Shown here: piece after piece, positions 47,917 through 58,673 of the stretch
How the letters are laid out: each line of letters opens with the position of its first letter
How positions within the stretch are numbered: position 1 is the first letter of the stretch
Origin: Psammoneis japonica
Lineage: Eukaryota
Assembly: GCA_008632985.1 (NCBI GenBank)
Contig: QPGO01000017.1
Coordinates: 682,001-746,000 of the forward strand
DNA length: 64,000 nucleotides
Direction of reading: 5' to 3'
The notes under the pieces: model-generated
Told to the model about the DNA's origin: nothing
What the model saw: the letters and a program-made list of their open reading frames with translations, nothing else
The model's database searches: none
Made by a program: the position numbers and the translations under genes

Positions 47917-49659
47917 TCTCATCCCGTATTTTTAGCGCAGCTGATGCCGACCACGAGCACGAGTGAACGGTGGGCGCCGACGCGGGTTCCATACTTGCAT
48001 TGCAACATGAATGGCAATGACGTCAGAATTCCAGTTTTATAGAAAAATGGATAGTAGTTGTCTGAATCCAGAGGAGATCTTCGCGGTGATCCGAACTGCT
48101 GCAGCGATGCGCTTGCTAACAAGCAATCACGGTGTGCTTCAAACTGAACTGGACTAGCTTCAATCAAGAGAAACACTGCAATGCCACAATTGTCTGGGTC
48201 AGTGATGATGAGCCAAGTTCCAGCATCAATTGATGTGTTCTATTAGAAACAATGAGGGTGTTTGCAGGAATGCTGAGAAAAGAAACCGCTCTGGTGGTTG
48301 GCTCACCAGCAGCTGTGACATTGCTTCAAATAGAAAATATCTAGTTGACTAGATTAGAAACAATGCAACAAATCAGATCTAGCTTGCATTCTGTCCAATG
48401 TTGGTTGACCAAAATGCTCCACAGCCAATCACCCAACCTTCCACAATGCCAAAGGACCCTTCTTGTTCTGTTGTCTTTCAAGGGAGGTGCCAATCCCACC
48501 CCACAAGATCTAAATGTAACATCAAGATTGCACCTCCATCCACCTGCAACTGATTTGCAGTGATGCAGGTCTCTCCTGCTTTGGGGCTGTTTCAAAATGT
48601 CTCCTTCCTCAGCCGCGACACAAGCCACCCCAATGGCAACAAGTGTGGGGTGTGCTTGCATGACAGTTGGAAATTGGTGCAGCAGGCTGTTGACCAAAGA
48701 AAGATTTTCCACAATGTAGAGCTTCTGACAAGTTGACATCCTTCCCAAAATGTCTCCAATGGTGGAAGACACAGGGCACTCAGCTGAACATCTTTCCAAG
48801 CAAACATGACTCTTCTGACTCTTGCATTTTTGCTTGACAACTGACAACCATCAACGCATCCTCAGCAAGATCTGAGGATGGGTCAGGTCAGGGCATTTCA
48901 AGGACATGTGAAATCTGAAAGTTTTGCCGAAGCTTTCTCATGTTGGTCTCCAGTGTGCTTGCATTCAGACCAGCAAGATTGTGCTCTGCTCCAGTGCACT
49001 AGAATGAGAGCTCCCCCTGTGACCTCACTTTGCAGGCATGCTGTGCAAAACAGATTGTTGGCCAGGTTTTGAGCAAATGCTTGTTTGTCAATCTGAGCTC
49101 CAGTCAGCCCACAAGCAGGAGGCTTGGGCACAGATGACCCCTTGCTTCAGAGCAGCTCAAGCACTTTCAACAACGTCAAACAGCAGAAACCAGGATCAAG
49201 AGCTTGGGCCGCATGGAAGAAGCTGTGTGCTTTCCTCTGTCATCCAGCATCACAAACATTGAAAGAACCTCTTGGCAATTGGCCAGTGCCACCATCCAAG
49301 AGTGGAGCCATCCATGACAGAAGACAGCAGATGGACATTTGACTTGCCACGTGCTTCTTTGTCAGATCCACCGCATTCTTGGCTTCTGGATTCATTCTGA
49401 GAAATGCTGCAATCTCTGCCTCAATGGGAGGCAACGTTGTCCGAAGAACTTGAATTTCATGTTCCCCCAACATGCGCTGATCTGTCATTTCTCTTCCTCA
49501 ACATTGACCGCAGGGAGCAACAGTTCCGTTGATGAAGGTGCCACCTTCGGGTGGATGACTGCACTTGCATGAACCCCGTTGGTCGATTGCGCCGGGCCAG
49601 TTTTTGGAAGACGGCCATCGTCACACTGAGCAGAAGCATGTGGGATTCTCTTGATCTTT

Positions 49660-51050
49660 TCTGATTCATTTGCTGCTTTTTGGAACACTGCTGCATGGAA
49701 CAGTTTCCGGATTTTGCCTTTGTCCTTCCAGCTCCATCTCCTGGGGACCAGTCTGATGATGTCAGAGATTTTCTTGTGTGGCACCATGGAGCCAACACCC
49801 TTGCTTCTGACTGGGACGTTCTTGATGAGACACTGCACTCCCACATTGCCATGGAAGAATCCTCCAACTTCAGCACCCCCCCATCCCATCTACAAGCAAA
49901 GTGGGTCAAAGGACACCAAGATGGACATGCCCCAGTCCACACACTCCCTCTCAATGCAAGAGTGAATGTACGAGCTGACTGGCCGGCTGGCGCTCACCAA
50001 GGTCATTGCAATCAGGATGTCTCAATGGTCTTGCCCTTTCCTCATTGCCACTCTTGTTTGAGTCTGCAGAATGGTGTGTTGACATCAAGTTTCAAACGGC
50101 AAGTTTGGTGTGCTGCCACTGCTTTGCAGCTCCTGGAGTGCATTCTTGAGTGCAACGAGTGGCATCCGGAAGTGATTGATCTGACAGATTGGGGTGCTCA
50201 CATCATGCTGATCAAACGGCATTCCAAGCAGCACATTGGAACATCAAAGCTGGTTCACGATCTCCTCCCCATCAACAAGATTGTCAACAGATGCAATTCC
50301 ATCCACCCTCACAGTTGTCTTCTCTGTGAGCATCCAATGGAAGACAGGGATCACACACTGCAATGTTGGCACAACAAACCCTGGCACAGAAAGTTCCTGC
50401 AAGGTGTTCACAGCACTGTTGTGATCGGATCGACACGATGCCTGCACTTTGCGTTTTTTTTGTTGGACTCAATTCAAGCACAGTTCAATGGTGAGATGAG
50501 GTGCCCAGAGGATTTAGACCACCACTGCAGAGCCCTGTGGTGCAATCAATGAGATGTGGGATGGCAACAAGTGTTCAGTGGATGGCACTCCACTCTTTGG
50601 AATGTGATCCAGTCTGGACATTTGTGTGATTCAGGCATTCTTCGTCAGTGCCAAGAGGAGAACAAACAGCCACCAAGTTGGACAGTGCAAATGGGGTTGT
50701 TCATGCGGAAACAATGGCAGAGTCTGTGGGAAGAGCACAACCATCGTGCACATGGACACAACAAAGATTTGAGGAAGTTGTCTCAGAGACAAAAGGTCAA
50801 GGCTGAATTGACAGCTGCACACAACAAATGCCAAGAATGCCTGGCTAAAGATTGAGGTGTCCTGCTTGACTCAGTGGAAGATCAAAATTTTACAACAATT
50901 CACGTGCAAAATTGGATCTCTCAATGGTCTGACCTGGACTTAAAGAAAGTCTCAAAGAAGCCAAAAGCTGGTGCTTCACGGCACTTGCACCATCACCAGT
51001 TGCTTCCGTTGGGCATCTCCTCAAGGAGACACCGACGATTCACAGGCCAA
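49660..51050 (+). mobile_element. Third Ambal-like LINE fragment (RNase H end and C-terminus)
   Basis: DWDVLDE, KWVKGHQD, NVRADWPAG, CLLCEHPMEDRDHTLQC, GWQQVFSG, LWEEHNHRAHG. Confidence 0.72.
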
Positions 51051-51231
51051 TTGCATCAACTTCTGCTGCACCCCCAGTGGGGTGCACCGGAGGTGTGGGT
51101 CAGCTGGCTCCAGTGTTGCTGGGCAAAGGTGTGACAGCACTTTAAATTGGTTTTTTTTTGGCAGTGATTTACAAGGTTAGAAAAGTTTCAGATGATCAAC
51201 AGCACAAGAAGGATTTTTGTTTTTCACAAGA

Positions 51232-51880
51232 ATGTTTGTGTTGACAATGGTCGCTGACATGGCAAGGATTCCTCCATCACTGCTGGCACAGCCCACTTTG
51301 AATTCAGTTCATGGCAAGATGAACAAAAAGCACCCCAACCACGTGATTGTGGATGCAGGTTTGGTGATTTGTTGGCATGGGGATGCCTTGGAAATTGGAG
51401 AGTGTGTCTGTGTGGCTGGGGATGGAGAGGGGCACATCATGAGGTCATTGTTGGACTGGTGGTGTTTCAGCCTTTTGTTGAGGAGGTCACACAAGATGGC
51501 ATCTGTGTCAGTTTGGTGGGGTTCTTTGACAATGTCTTCATCCCAGCTTGTTGGATGCTTCGTCCCAGTCTCAATGTGAAAAGGAATCAGGCCCATGGGT
51601 GTGGACTCCTCAGCACGACAATGATGAAGAAGATGTCAGAGAAACGGCTGAAGAAAATTGATTTGAAATAGATGTTGGTGCACAGATGTGGTTCAAAGTC
51701 AAGTCCATCAATTTTCTTGCTCAAGTGACAAACACCACCAAGGGCACACAAGCCACCACAACGACAACAGCCCAGTCATCTTTGTTCACATCTGTGGACA
51801 GAAAGTCTCTCACCAGTGGAGATGAAAATGGGCAAAGGGATTCTTCAGAGAGCTTTCCAGACCATCCTGCTCAAAATTGA
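51232..51880 (+). pseudogene. RPC8: RNA polymerase III subunit RPC8/RPC25 pseudogene
   Basis: MFVLTMVADMARIPP...NKKHPNHVIVDAGLVIC...AGDG / HHEV..VVFQPFVEEV..DGICVSLVGFFDNVFIP / WFKVKSINF matches RPC8 (MFVL...VRIPP...NKKLANKV..GLCI..PGDG..H...VVF.PF..E...GV.VSLGFFDDI.IP). Frameshifts and a small deletion. Confidence 0.8.
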
Positions 51881-52807
51881 AGCTCTTCTTTAGATCTTTG
51901 ATTCAAAGACACCAGCGAGCATGCACACCATTGGCTCCATCTGTGAGGACAGACTTGGATTGATGACGTGGTGGAGTGCTTCTCAAGGAGACAAAGATGA
52001 AGAAGACAATGCAGATGAAGCTGTGGAGGAGGCCAATCATCAGGTGCTCATTTTTGGAAAGATTGCAGTTTGAACTTCTCTCTGTCACTCGCCCAGTCAT
52101 TGCCAGGGTCAATCTGAAGTCCTGCGCTCTGCTGCTGGCACCTGACACCTGCTCAGTTGGATGATGGCCACAGTTGTCAAGCTGCTCACACTTTCTTGTT
52201 AGAGATGAACATGACATTTGTGTGGCAGGTTTTTTCCCAACTGGTGTCCATCACAAGTCCGCGCACTGTCAACTTTGTCATTGCTGTTTCAGGATGACCT
52301 GTTTCCAAAGCTGTGTCAGTTGAGAGCAAGCTGTCAATGACAGGCCAACTGCATGAGAAGATTCAAAAATGCAGGGTCTTCAGCATCAGAGTGGGATGGG
52401 ACAGAACCGCATTGTCTCTGCAGCATTGCTGGTCCTGGCATGTGGAGCGGCGCAGCGGCGCCATCAGGTTGCTTGCAGCTGAATCAACAAAGCCTTCCAA
52501 CAGGCCTGTGTGTTCTGTGTTTTGCTTTGCACTTGCACTCTGACTTTTAGTGGATCCCTCTCATGCACCGCATGCCTGGATGGATGCAACAACATCGCAC
52601 CTGCTCCAATGAAATGCAGTGCCAATGACTGTTGCACTGGCTGTGAGCTGAAGGAATGGTGGTTGTGCAACACGTGGAAAGCAATTGTGACTGCACATAA
52701 AATCTTTGTTCCGGGTTTGTTGAGTGCGTCACTCCGCACCACCGCACGTCGCTCGATGGCACAATGTCTTCATCAACAGACAAAGGCAAGAAAGCGAAGG
52801 CAAAGGG

Positions 52808-52945
52808 GCCCCACACCACCCCTTCCTGTCACCTCCAACAGCCCCACCTCCAAAATTTCTCCACCCCATCATCAACACAGCCCCACACCACCCCTTCCTG
52901 ACACCTCCAATGGCCCCGCCTCCCAAATTTCTCCATCCCGTCTCC
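52808..52945. repeat. Two-copy ~72-bp C-rich tandem repeat
   Basis: gccccacaccaccccttcctg.cacctccaa..gcccc.cctcc.aaatttctcca at 52808 and 52880. Confidence 0.75.
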
Positions 52946-54281
52946 GCCTCAACCATGCCAACGCCATCAGCAATTGCACCGGTTGCTGACTTTGTCGCTC
53001 TGCTGGATTAAAAGCCAGCAGTTCTCCCAAAACACACTCTTTGACCAGGCACCTGCCAGCTCTCTCTGCTGTTTGTTGCTTCGGAATGGACGAGTTGTTC
53101 CTCGACCCGGATTCATTTGATGACCCTTCTGATTGCTCCTTCGAATGCAACCCTTCTGATGACTCCTGTGAGTTCAACCCTTCTGACATCGATCCTCAAT
53201 CCAATGATCATAACTGGACCACCACCTGGGTGATGTCCTTCTTTCTTTCTTCGGTTTGTCCCATGAACGACAATGCTGCCGCATGCTCCAACACTCCAAC
53301 AACCTTTGACTCCCAAAGTTGGTGTCAACAAGACCTCCCAAATCTCATCTCTCATCCTCCCCTGCGTCGGTCTTACTCCGACTTGGACTTGCCAGACTCA
53401 ACTTGGTGTGACACCATTCTCCCACTGATCACCTTCCGCCCAAGTCCTCCACCTGCTCCCCATCTTCCTCCGTTTGCTGTCCTTCCTTTGCCACCCTGTT
53501 TTGCCCATTTTCTCTTCGATCCTTCGGCTCCTCCCCACTCAATCCCCAAGCTTCCATCCTTTCGTTGCCCTCCTCGAGTCTGTCGTTTCCTCCACCCACT
53601 TGGCATTGCCTCCAATCCATCCTTTTATCCTTTCCTTGCGCTTGCCTGCACCGTGGACCCCCACATTTTCACACCATCACCAGACCTTGCCCTCCTCCTT
53701 CGCGAGTGCTTCTGCGATGCAACAGCCTGTGGCGAACCTCCCCCCTCCTTCGTCTGCCGAGTTCCCACATCCCTTCTTCACTTTGACAACTTTCTTCTCT
53801 ACATCGACAACTGCCTTGACGACTCTTTAGCTGCTGAGTGTCCGCACTCTCGGCCAACCCTTTTTTCAATGGGAATCATTCGAAAATGTCGCATGGGTCA
53901 CAGTTGACATTTCACACAAGGAAAAACACAAAATTGTGCAGAAATGTGCACAATGTCATGCGAGAGAGTGATTAGAGCTAATAACTTTTCGGGAACTGAA
54001 TTGAAATGCTATCTGGTTGACGGCATTGGCCTTCACCATGTGAATCAAAATGCCGTCAATCAGATGGCATTTCAATTGATTTCCCGAGAAGTTGACATTC
54101 GTATACGGACGGATGGACAGACTGATAATTATTATTTTTAGTACTCTCCTACACAATTTCTACGTGATGACTCTCAGGACCCGAATGATTCCTATTGCTC
54201 CATCTCCGAGCGCACTCCGCGCGACTCTCCCACCACCTACTGTATTTCTCCAGACCAATCCCCTCCAACATCATTATAAAA

Positions 54282-55722
54282 ATGGCAGTGCAGCAGTTGA
54301 ACCTCGACCCGATTGAGTGCTCGGCGCAGCCCTTGGATCTAGCATTTCATCCCATTCGAGAAAATTTGGTGGCTGCAAGCCTTGTTGACGGAACCCTTGA
54401 AGGTATGTTGCGGGTTATTGTTTACCTGGTGTGACGACCAATCGGTCTGCTCGCGTTCTCTTCCTCTTGCTCATTTTCTGGCTCTTCTTCTTGTAGTTCA
54501 TGACTTTTCCGGGAAAAGCGATGGCGATGGGGAAGATTCTGAAAATGATACGATCATTTCGTCGACACCTGTTCATACACAATTGTTGCCGCCGAAGCAG
54601 GAGGGAGGTCAACCCCACGTAGCATCTTGCCGGGCAGTTCTGTTTGGCGTTAATAACATATATACGGGAGGAAGTGATGGAGACATTGTAGCATTAGACA
54701 TTGAACGCTCATGCACATTCCATAGCCGTTCTCAAGAACCCCTCTGGCGTGTCAGCGGAAAGAAGCAGCGGGGGATTCAATCCATGCATCAATTAGATCC
54801 AGCATCTTGTGCGGGGCCCTTGCTTGTTACAGGTGATGAGGAAGGTGGCGTAAGGCTGTGGGACGTACGTCTCTGCAGCGGGGGTAGCGAGACCAAGTTC
54901 AAAAGCAAACTCGACCTACCTACGGGATGTGTAATCTCTTGGGATAAGAATCACACGGATTACATTTCGGGCTTTGCACATGACGTGAACAACAATGGCA
55001 ACACGCTCTTGACAAGTTCCGCGGATTGCACTTTGGGAGTGTTTGATTTGCGCAAGGCGCTGTTTCCGACAAAGCCACAAGAGCGACAAGAGGCCGTGCG
55101 GCGGTCTGATGATCAAGAGGATGAGCTGCTGTCGATTGTAGTGCTCAAGAACGGCAAGAAGGTCGTCTGTGGAACGCAAGAGGGTGTCTTGGCCGTGTGG
55201 TCATGGGGTACTTGGGGGGACGTTTCAGATCGTTTTCCAGGCCACCCTGCTTCTATCGACGCAATTCTCAAAGTGGACGAAGACACAGTGTTGACAGGGT
55301 GCTCCGACGGATTATTACGCCTCGTCCAAATTCACCCAGACAAGCTACTGGGTGTGCTGGGTGATCATGACGGCTTTCCCATTGAAAAACTAAAATTCAA
55401 CGCGAGTAAGAACTATATCGGTAGCACTAGCCACGACAACATGGTTAGGTTGTGGGATGCTAGTGTGCTTCACGACGATAGTGAGAACGACGACGAGCAG
55501 GAGGAGACGAAGCGGCAAGAAGATACAGTGCCAATGTCCAGACCTGTGGCAGGCAAGCGTGCGACTGTTGAAGCTACTGATAAGAATGATAGTTCTGATG
55601 ACTGGGAGGATATGGATGATTCGGAACAATCGGTTGAAAGCGATGTAGAACCGCCAACGAAGAATGACAAAAGGGCGAAAAAGTTCAAAAGTGATAATGA
55701 AAGCTTCTTTGCAGACTTATAG
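54282..55722 (+). CDS. WDR55: WD40 protein WDR55/JIP5-like; intron 54403-54496
   Basis: DLAFHP..LVAASLVDG; SDDQEDELLS..KNGKKVVCGTQEG..WG..SDRFPGHP.SID; TGCSDGLLR; STSHDN; acidic tail ending FFADL; GT-AG intron restores the frame. Confidence 0.88.
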
Positions 55723-55762
55723 CTTCAAGGAGACCATTGTCTATAAATCGAAGAAACCAAAA

Positions 55763-56756
55763 CTACTCTGTTGAAATCTCTTTTTCACGGGAGTCACTGC
55801 TGCTTCCGCGTTCCTGAACAATGCTCCCTGCTTTGACGCATGCATCGTAGTGATCACGCTGATTCGTCATCAAATAATACTCCAATTTTCCGACAGCTGC
55901 GCCCGATCCCGAACGTCGCTGTGGTGTCAGCATTTTAATAAGATTTTCGACTCGACTCATGGCATTATCAATGTCTTGCTCGTCTCTTGCCAGCGCTTCG
56001 ACCTCGCCGACCTGAAATCAACAGAAGACTAAAGATGAGAAACGCTGTCATACAAAATGGAGAAATCGAAAAAGTACCTACCATGTATCCAAACTGCGTG
56101 GAATCTAAATCGACTGTTAATCCGTCAAGAGAGGAGGAAGAATTCTCTTGCTCATGCGACATACACCAGCTGGTTCGACGGGTTTCGATGCGGGCGAACG
56201 GCACAAGAAGTCCACATGTCTTCTCAAATTCATCCGGCATTCTCGGAACATCAAAGCCTTCATATACCTCATTCGCACACTCAGCATTCCTTAATTCATC
56301 ATTATTTTTCGCTGGAATTAGATCAAAACATAGTCGTATTGCATCGACTCCCTCCAATTCTTCATATACAGTCGCTCCTCCTTTGTGGCGACGACCGCGC
56401 TTGAGCTCCCATGCACCCCCAATTCCTTGGACCTCTCGATAACGGAGCCAGTAATCCCTCGGAGTAAGAAAGTAGTCTGGCGGTGGCAGATCAAAGTACC
56501 AGTCTACCATCAGAGAGTTGCCCTTACATTCCATACCTAACTCCACGAGCTTCTCTTCCACGGCCGTAACGTTGGCTCCATCTGTAAGCGCAAACTTTTG
56601 TTCGACTTCCAACACAGCCGCACTGTTGACTCCTCCAGACGACATCATGAGAAAAGTACGAGACCCACGAAATGGCAAAACGAACGCTAATCCGATGGTT
56701 CCGAAATGCTGCAGCAATAAGGCTGACCTAAGCAACAATTGCAACCCGAGCGGCAT
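55763..56756 (-). CDS. CYTH/thiamine-triphosphatase-like protein with signal peptide + AF motif (probably plastid-targeted); intron ~56012-56082
   Basis: LEVEQKF (ExExKF), DWYFD, WLRYRE, WELK, YEEL, VDLD..FGYM|VGEVE, GKLEYYL; N-terminal hydrophobic stretch then GLAFVLP. Confidence 0.82.
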
Positions 56757-56909
56757 GTTTAGTTATCTGCCATCGGCGGCGGCATGCTACTCATACCGTA
56801 AGTTCAGTAGACGAAAACGAAGAAGGTATCACGTAAAACTATGAAAATGGATCGAAAAAGGTAAATTAAGGGGAAAAGTGAAAAAATCGAAATGGATTCA
56901 AGATTTCTA

Positions 56910-57990
56910 CTCTAGGATGCGATGCCAGCACAGGACCAGCAAATGCCGCTGCCGCCATTGTTGTGCCGGTGTGCTCTTGACGAATGCGTTTGATTGTCTT
57001 CGACAGAGGTGAGCAAACACGCAATGTTGTTTGTCACATCGGCGTGTTGTTGACACAACGAAAAGAGTGTTGGGCTGCTTTCACATCTGTCCCACACATG
57101 TTTCATTGCACTCTGGACATGTGGCTCGTGTCATGATGCAGCGTTTCACCACGCAGACCTGCGGTGCCGGATTGACTTGATCCACACGTGTGCACCAAAG
57201 GCACATGTTTCAGCATCCATCCTGTGCATGTTTCATTCTGTTCTCGACCTGCTGCTCACAATGTCATGGTTGTTGGCAGTGCTTCTTGTGTGCAATGACG
57301 TTTGTTGTGTCGGCGTTTCTTCGTCGACACAACAACTTGGAAGACTGACTTTATCCACATTTTGCATCCATTCCAAAGGCTTGTTTTTCACATCTGTGCC
57401 ACCCACATTTTTCACTGCATTCTTGCTTGCTGCTTGCACCATTGTTGTTGGCGGGGCTTGTGCGCGCTCACCTTTTTGTTTGTCCCCTGCCTCCGTGTTC
57501 ATCACAGAATCTGCAGTCATGGGCCAGATGCATTCCACCAGCAAATTGTCAAACAACAATGCCAAAAAGCCTGCTTTTGTCAAAGTTGACTGCTCTGTGG
57601 TGCTGGAAGGGCTCAACCAGCTGGAGCTCCTGCCAGGCGAGCCTTGTGCTCCTGGCTTTTGTGCCACGCTGATGGGCTTCACCAAGGCATTGGTCCATGA
57701 AGGTAAGTCCACTCCAGCAAGCAATCACTTGAGTGTGGAGAAAATTGAAAATCAAGGATCTCTGTGAGATGAGAGAGAGAGGTCTGGCACTTGTGCAGTG
57801 TGAGGATGGGAAAGCAAAGAGAGTTTCTTTGTGGAATTCCATGAAACACACATGGATCATCCACCTTGATGAAGCCACTCCCTGTGGCGAGAAGTGGGTC
57901 TACGCGGATGTGGTAGAGCACACCGGCTGGTGCGTGTTTGCCAATCCCAAACTCAAAAAGAAACACATCTTCGATCTCTGAACTCCAAGT
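56910..57990. pseudogene. ~1.1 kb TpA-depleted degenerate insert of unknown origin between intact genes
   Basis: Almost no TA dinucleotides, Cys/His-rich broken ORFs; normal TpA returns on both sides. Confidence 0.5.
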
Positions 57991-58450
57991 TCGTAAAGCC
58001 AAAGGCATCGCACTGGGACGGGACCAGCATCGTGCACAAATGCAATTGGCGATTACGCGACGGCTTGTGGTGGGGCACACAGCACTGGCAGCCAGACAGC
58101 AGATTGAAAATGAAGTGACAGGAGCAAGTTCAAACCGCGAAACAAATAAAACACTTCCCCACTGTACACGCTGTCGATTATGTTGGCGTCGGATAAACCA
58201 TTCAGAGTCCGTTGGCTTTAGTGGTAACAGAAAAGGAACAGCCATGTCTCCAATGTTGAAGAATGGCCGTACAGCTCGAACCTCGTCGAAGCCGCATGTC
58301 TCCAAGCCAACGACGATGACGATATTGGAGGAGAATAAACAAAATGTTGAGAGCAAGTAATAGAATGCCGTACACTGAACACAGAGAGCAAGCTGCAACT
58401 GCTCTGTAGTCACTCCTTGCCGTATTGCACCACTGCGGAGAGGGTCCTCA

Positions 58451-58468
58451 CCCCCCCCCCCCCCCCCC
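58451..58468. repeat. C18 homopolymer
   Basis: Run of 18 C. Confidence 0.9.
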
Positions 58469-58673
58469 TTGTTGGCCCGCTTTATTTGTAGACTTTTGAC
58501 AGTAGGCATCTTTTGGACCGTTGGAAGCTTGACCTGTAAGCTCGCGGCTTCATTATTCTAAAGGGTACGTATGTCATGCACTTGAGGCTACAACTTCTCC
58601 TATCGACGTTACGTTCTACGAAACAGCATAGGCGGCGCACGACGAAAGGAGTGGGTTCTCCTCAGTAAACATC

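Noticed and set aside
48341..49650. Host-like degenerate ORFs on the minus strand
   Set aside because: Probably pseudogene fragments, but no family could be assigned with confidence.
1..53900. Hundreds of overlapping Cys/His-rich ORFs in all six frames
   Set aside because: Loss of TA removes TAA/TAG stops and inflates Cys/His, so these are by-products of the mutation pattern rather than genes or metal-binding proteins.
1..53900. Classical fungal RIP or CpG deamination alone as the explanation
   Set aside because: RIP creates TpA, and C->T changes cannot turn Tyr codons into Cys/His. CpG decay is present but only as a second layer.
53041..53907. 288-aa Pro/Ser/Phe-rich ORF
   Set aside because: Pyrimidine-rich, TA-depleted low-complexity sequence with no domain evidence.
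57679..58509. 276-aa minus-strand ORF with poly-Gly
   Set aside because: The poly-Gly is just the C18 run; the ORF spans the mutated patch boundary and shows no recognisable domain.
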